Shown: positions 36,989 to 40,117 of the stretch, in pieces | Layout: each line of letters starts with the position of its first letter | Position numbering within the stretch: the first letter of the stretch is position 1 | DNA from: a virus | Lineage: Duplodnaviria > Caudoviricetes | Length of the DNA stretch: 40,117 nt | Reading direction: 5' to 3' (one strand) | IMG/VR virus record: IMGVR_UViG_3300027744_001006 | Coordinates: 1 to 40,117 of that record | Position numbers and translations under genes: made by a program | The notes under the pieces: model-generated | What the model was told of the DNA's origin: nothing | Databases searched by the model: none | The model's input: the letters and a program-made list of their open reading frames with translations, nothing else

Positions 36989-37830
36989 GTATTTTTCCTT
37001 TCTGGATAGTCAAACATTGCTCGATGCAACAATCTAATACTTATATTAGCACACTGATGTCTCATATGTAATCCGGTACGATTGTCGCATATGGTAACAT
37101 CACCAATTTTCCAATCATGATGGTAGACGTATTTTTCTTGTGTAATATGATTTGAGATACGGTCAAGAATGTCTCTGCTATCTTCTAAACTCATTCCTTC
37201 GAAGTGGTGTATCTGCTGAAATGGGAAATACAGATGTTTTTCACCCAATGGGGTTTCTCTAACAACATCACAAGTATACCCTGTATACTCTTCTCCGTTG
37301 GCCCATTTGCGTCCTTTATTATCTTCTTCAAAAGAGTCAACGTTAAGATATATGTATCTTTTCATCACAGCCTTTAGAGACCCTAATAAATCTTTGTCTT
37401 GTTGTGATAAATCTTTATAAGACATAATATTGTTTAACCAGGAAGTTTTTGAGTTTTCGACTCCTGTTATGGCTCGAAGCATTATTAAACATACTTTGTG
37501 ATCTAACTCCCAATGAAAGTCATGGTGCCATGCCATTTCATCGATGTGTTCTGCAATGCCATGATTACCTTGTTCGTTTGGTAATCCGCCTACTCGTAGT
37601 ATTTTTCCATTTGAATTAGGTACTGAAAGTTTTTTAAAGGAATCCTTGCAGTGATTTACTATCGACCCGACATCTTTAAATTTGTTGTTAACTGCAATTT
37701 CTTGTTCAAGCGTTAAAGTTTGATTTTTAAATATAACTAGTGTATGTGTTGCAATAAGATTTGCAATTTGATCCACATCGTCGTGTGTTGCTGTTGATAA
37801 ATCTATATCAATTATAGGAGGATTAAACAA
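36985..37830 (-). CDS. TauD/TfdA-family dioxygenase
   Basis: VIFKNQ.L, WHHD, YHHDW.IGD....DNR..LH, RLLHR; TTG start. Confidence 0.85.
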   Translation of the reverse strand: MFNPPIIDIDLSTATHDDVDQIANLIATHTLVIFKNQTLTLEQEIAVNNKFKDVGSIVNHCKDSFKKLSVPNSNGKILRVGGLPNEQGNHGIAEHIDEMAWHHDFHWELDHKVCLIMLRAITGVENSKTSWLNNIMSYKDLSQQDKDLLGSLKAVMKRYIYLNVDSFEEDNKGRKWANGEEYTGYTCDVVRETPLGEKHLYFPFQQIHHFEGMSLEDSRDILDRISNHITQEKYVYHHDWKIGDVTICDNRTGLHMRHQCANISIRLLHRAMFDYPERKNT

Positions 37831-38548
37831 TATTCTCTGCCTCTATTCTTGTTCTAAATTCATCTGTGAATGTTCCGTTTATTCTCAAAGTGTATGTAGG
37901 CCGTTGAATAGGTAAGCCGCCATGCCAAACAGTTTCATTCCACCAGGCAGCTCGAGTGTTCATAAACACACGATTTCCAGTATCTGGATCAATTATATAA
38001 AATGGTCTATCACAGTCTGTCTTGATATGCACAAATTCTGACATTGTGGATAACGGCGATTCTGATGGAGGATCTCTATGCTCCCAAGGAATACCCCCAG
38101 AATCTACAGTTATTATGTTTACTTGATATAATGATTGAAAAACTCCAGAGTCTATCAGACTGTGTATCCATTTTATCAATCCCGGAAAATGTTTTGAACA
38201 TTCGCCTATTACATTGTATTCCCCAATAACGGGATACACTCGATAGAAGTCATAGGCTCCAACTGAATATTTTAAATAATCTGTGAGTTGGTTGTGGCTT
38301 AGATCTTTTCCTGCGATTTTAAATGCATCATCTTCTGGTAAATCTTTCCAACTTTTGACCATATTCCAAAGAGGGGTCACGGTTATTCCTTGCGCCCAGG
38401 GGCGAATTTCTCCGTAGGTAAAATGAATTCCGTCCCAAGCAAGATCTTTAGCAGTGGCTATACCTCTGCAAATTTCTGGTTTTAGATTATCCCATTCTGT
38501 CAGATCTATGTGTTTTTCTAAATCTATAAAAAGTTGATTGTTAGTCAT
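37823..38548 (-). CDS. putative Fe(II)/2OG-type oxygenase (paralog of 29035)
   Basis: GIPWEHRD, NTRAAWWN...WHGG, LRING; start at MTNNQ after TAAATA. Confidence 0.6.
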   Translation of the reverse strand: MTNNQLFIDLEKHIDLTEWDNLKPEICRGIATAKDLAWDGIHFTYGEIRPWAQGITVTPLWNMVKSWKDLPEDDAFKIAGKDLSHNQLTDYLKYSVGAYDFYRVYPVIGEYNVIGECSKHFPGLIKWIHSLIDSGVFQSLYQVNIITVDSGGIPWEHRDPPSESPLSTMSEFVHIKTDCDRPFYIIDPDTGNRVFMNTRAAWWNETVWHGGLPIQRPTYTLRINGTFTDEFRTRIEAENIV

Positions 38549-38553
38549 CAAGA

Positions 38554-38559
38554 TATTTA
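38554..38559 (-). promoter_or_regulatory. TAAATA late-promoter-like box
   Basis: TAAATA-tcttg-ATG(38548). Confidence 0.65.
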
Positions 38560-38622
38560 CCCGGAGAACACACACTCGTTAACGATCATGATATGATCAT
38601 TAAGAATTATAAAATGTTTTGA

Positions 38623-40117
38623 TTAGCCAATACGCCAGACTGTGCCGTCTGAGTACACCGGAACGTTATTAGCACCAGATCCCGCATAAGCTGCTGCAAA
38701 GGTTGTAGAGGTAGCGTCTGATACAAATGCTCTAGCACCTGCCCCTATTGTTGCTGCGTTAGGCAATGCTGTAGTTGCTACAGAATACACTGTTGTTTTA
38801 ACTACAGGGGCTAACCATATACCTCGGCTGTCAAGCGATGCAAATTTATTATTTGATCCGCCTGCCCCCGCCGCTATGGTAACAGTAGATAGTGGGGCAT
38901 CATCTGAGATGACAGCACCGACTTCCCATGACGCAACTATCGCACCACCGAATGCATAAGTTGTTCCATTCCACCCTTTGATAGAGATAGCTCCCATGGA
39001 GACTCCTGTACCAATGGCTGTTTTTGTATCATAGTTACCGTTATGAAAACTTGCAGCAAAACTAGCACTGGTGTTAGATACAAACGCAATTCCGACACTG
39101 CTGTCCGGTATCTGAATTAAATCACTAACTAGGGTACCGGTAAGTTTTGAATTAGTACCATCTACAAGCATTGTAGAATCTTGTCCAAATACAGAACCTC
39201 TTATATCTCCGCTGACATCACCTACCACATCACCTACCACATTGCCAGTAACAGTTCCTATGAGATTAGAGGTTATAATACTTGCTAGGAAGTTTCCACT
39301 GCCGTCGCGTGAGACAATTGTACTTGCAGTGTTGGAATTGGTAGCTGTGGTTGCAGAGTTAGAAACTTTACCAGCTGTGCTAATTGTAGATAATTTTGTG
39401 TCTACAATACTGCCTGCCAACATGGTGTTGGTAACAGTGCCGGTGTCTGTGATATAAACACCGTTGGTGACTGAGGTGGCATTACCAGTAACATTGCCTA
39501 TAAAACCACCACTAGCGGTAACTACTTTAGTAGCTGCATTGACAATGATTGTGCTGTCATCGCCTATGATATTTCCGTTGTAATCAGATCCTGCACCACC
39601 TGCCAAAGGCACGCCACCCATGGTAGACCCTAATGGAAGATTCACAGCATCACCAACAGCTGTGATAGTTGCAGCGCCTAGTTTAATACTAGATCCACTG
39701 AGATATAGATCTCTAAATCGATATGTAGCACTGCCTAGATCGTAGGCGACGTCTGTATCCGGTATAACATCAGTGCCAACACTACCTGACAAATTGAATT
39801 TTCCTGTGTTTCCGTCTATCAAAAGACTACTGTCGTTGGCAACCACAGAACCGTTGAATGCTGCTGCTTTGATCACTCCCTGGTAATCTGATAAATCTAC
39901 CGTGGCATTGACTTTATCTAAGGCATCGTCATAGACAAACGATATTGCACTATGTGTGCCATTAACCAGCATGGGTGCCGTGGCATCTCTTGCTTGCTCA
40001 TCGGTGTAGTCTGTGACCGGAACACCGCCATTGGTAGTGCCATTACCTATGTATAATCTATTGGTATTTGTAACAAATATTAGCTCGCCCGCGGCCAAGG
40101 GCTGTGTCATTGCTGTT
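38623..40117 (-). CDS. tail fibre / virion structural protein, probably 5'-truncated by window edge
   Basis: GELIFVTNTNRLYIGNG N-terminal motif, PDTDVAYDLGS...RFRDLYL, G-x-V-x repeats, C-terminal VPVYSDGTVWRIG; frame open to edge. Confidence 0.8.
   Translation of the reverse strand, partial: TAMTQPLAAGELIFVTNTNRLYIGNGTTNGGVPVTDYTDEQARDATAPMLVNGTHSAISFVYDDALDKVNATVDLSDYQGVIKAAAFNGSVVANDSSLLIDGNTGKFNLSGSVGTDVIPDTDVAYDLGSATYRFRDLYLSGSSIKLGAATITAVGDAVNLPLGSTMGGVPLAGGAGSDYNGNIIGDDSTIIVNAATKVVTASGGFIGNVTGNATSVTNGVYITDTGTVTNTMLAGSIVDTKLSTISTAGKVSNSATTATNSNTASTIVSRDGSGNFLASIITSNLIGTVTGNVVGDVVGDVSGDIRGSVFGQDSTMLVDGTNSKLTGTLVSDLIQIPDSSVGIAFVSNTSASFAASFHNGNYDTKTAIGTGVSMGAISIKGWNGTTYAFGGAIVASWEVGAVISDDAPLSTVTIAAGAGGSNNKFASLDSRGIWLAPVVKTTVYSVATTALPNAATIGAGARAFVSDATSTTFAAAYAGSGANNVPVYSDGTVWRIG
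39215..39242. repeat. 12-bp coding tandem repeat (GDVV units)
   Basis: acatcacctacc x2 + acat. Confidence 0.7.

Noticed and set aside
13370-38548. Classical RiPP cluster with precursor peptide
   Set aside because: There is almost no intergenic space and I found no small leader-core ORF, RRE/PqqD domain, peptidase or exporter. A distant precursor cannot be excluded.
38584-38598. GATCAT-GAT-ATGATC inverted repeat after the fibre gene as terminator
   Set aside because: The stem is short and AT-rich with no U tract, too weak to call.
690-39457. Numerous 60-150 aa ORFs antisense to or nested within longer genes (e.g. 690-1007, 2186-2407, 5331-5660, 11962-12423, 13150-13356, 16812-17132, 20731-21081, 39242-39457)
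   Set aside because: They are shadow frames of well-supported genes or of the tRNA, with no motifs, SD or promoter support.
1-40117. Bacterial chromosome or ordinary biosynthetic gene cluster
   Set aside because: The isc and kds genes lack their usual operon partners. There are no transporters or regulators. T4-late-like boxes, fibre genes and dense hypotheticals point to a phage, although no capsid or terminase gene is in the window.
1-40117. CRISPR array, DGR, introns/inteins, transposases, stop-codon recoding
   Set aside because: I noticed no spaced repeats, reverse transcriptase, homing endonuclease or split genes. Known proteins are full length under the standard code.

Overview
This window is most consistent with part of a large lytic dsDNA phage (T4-like or jumbo Caudoviricetes). 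It is gene-dense and uses the standard code. It has a tail-fibre-like gene at the right edge, T4-late-like TAAATA boxes and consensus sigma70 promoters, and no bacterial housekeeping operons. The left third (1-13.3 kb) carries auxiliary genes: an Fe/Mn SOD-iscU-iscA unit, a UvsE UV endonuclease, kdsA with two glycosyltransferase-like genes, queD behind a preQ1-riboswitch-like pseudoknot, thyX, two histone-like proteins, many hypotheticals and a 107-nt tRNA-like gene with a non-canonical anticodon arm. From 13.4 to 38.5 kb there is an uninterrupted ~25 kb block of about 30 genes, almost all tailoring-type enzymes. It contains 9 radical SAM proteins, 9 Fe(II)/2OG-type oxygenases (3 TauD-like), an amidinotransferase, an Arg-tRNA-transferase-like protein, a GNAT, a methyltransferase, a QueC-like PP-loop ATPase, a PLP enzyme, an SGNH hydrolase and 2 pseudokinase-like proteins. 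Many are paralog pairs. Most transcription units start with TAAATA-N4-6-ATG and no Shine-Dalgarno, implying late, leaderless expression shared with the Fe-S supply genes. The substrate of this cluster cannot be determined from the sequence. All family calls come from motif recognition by eye, not database searches.
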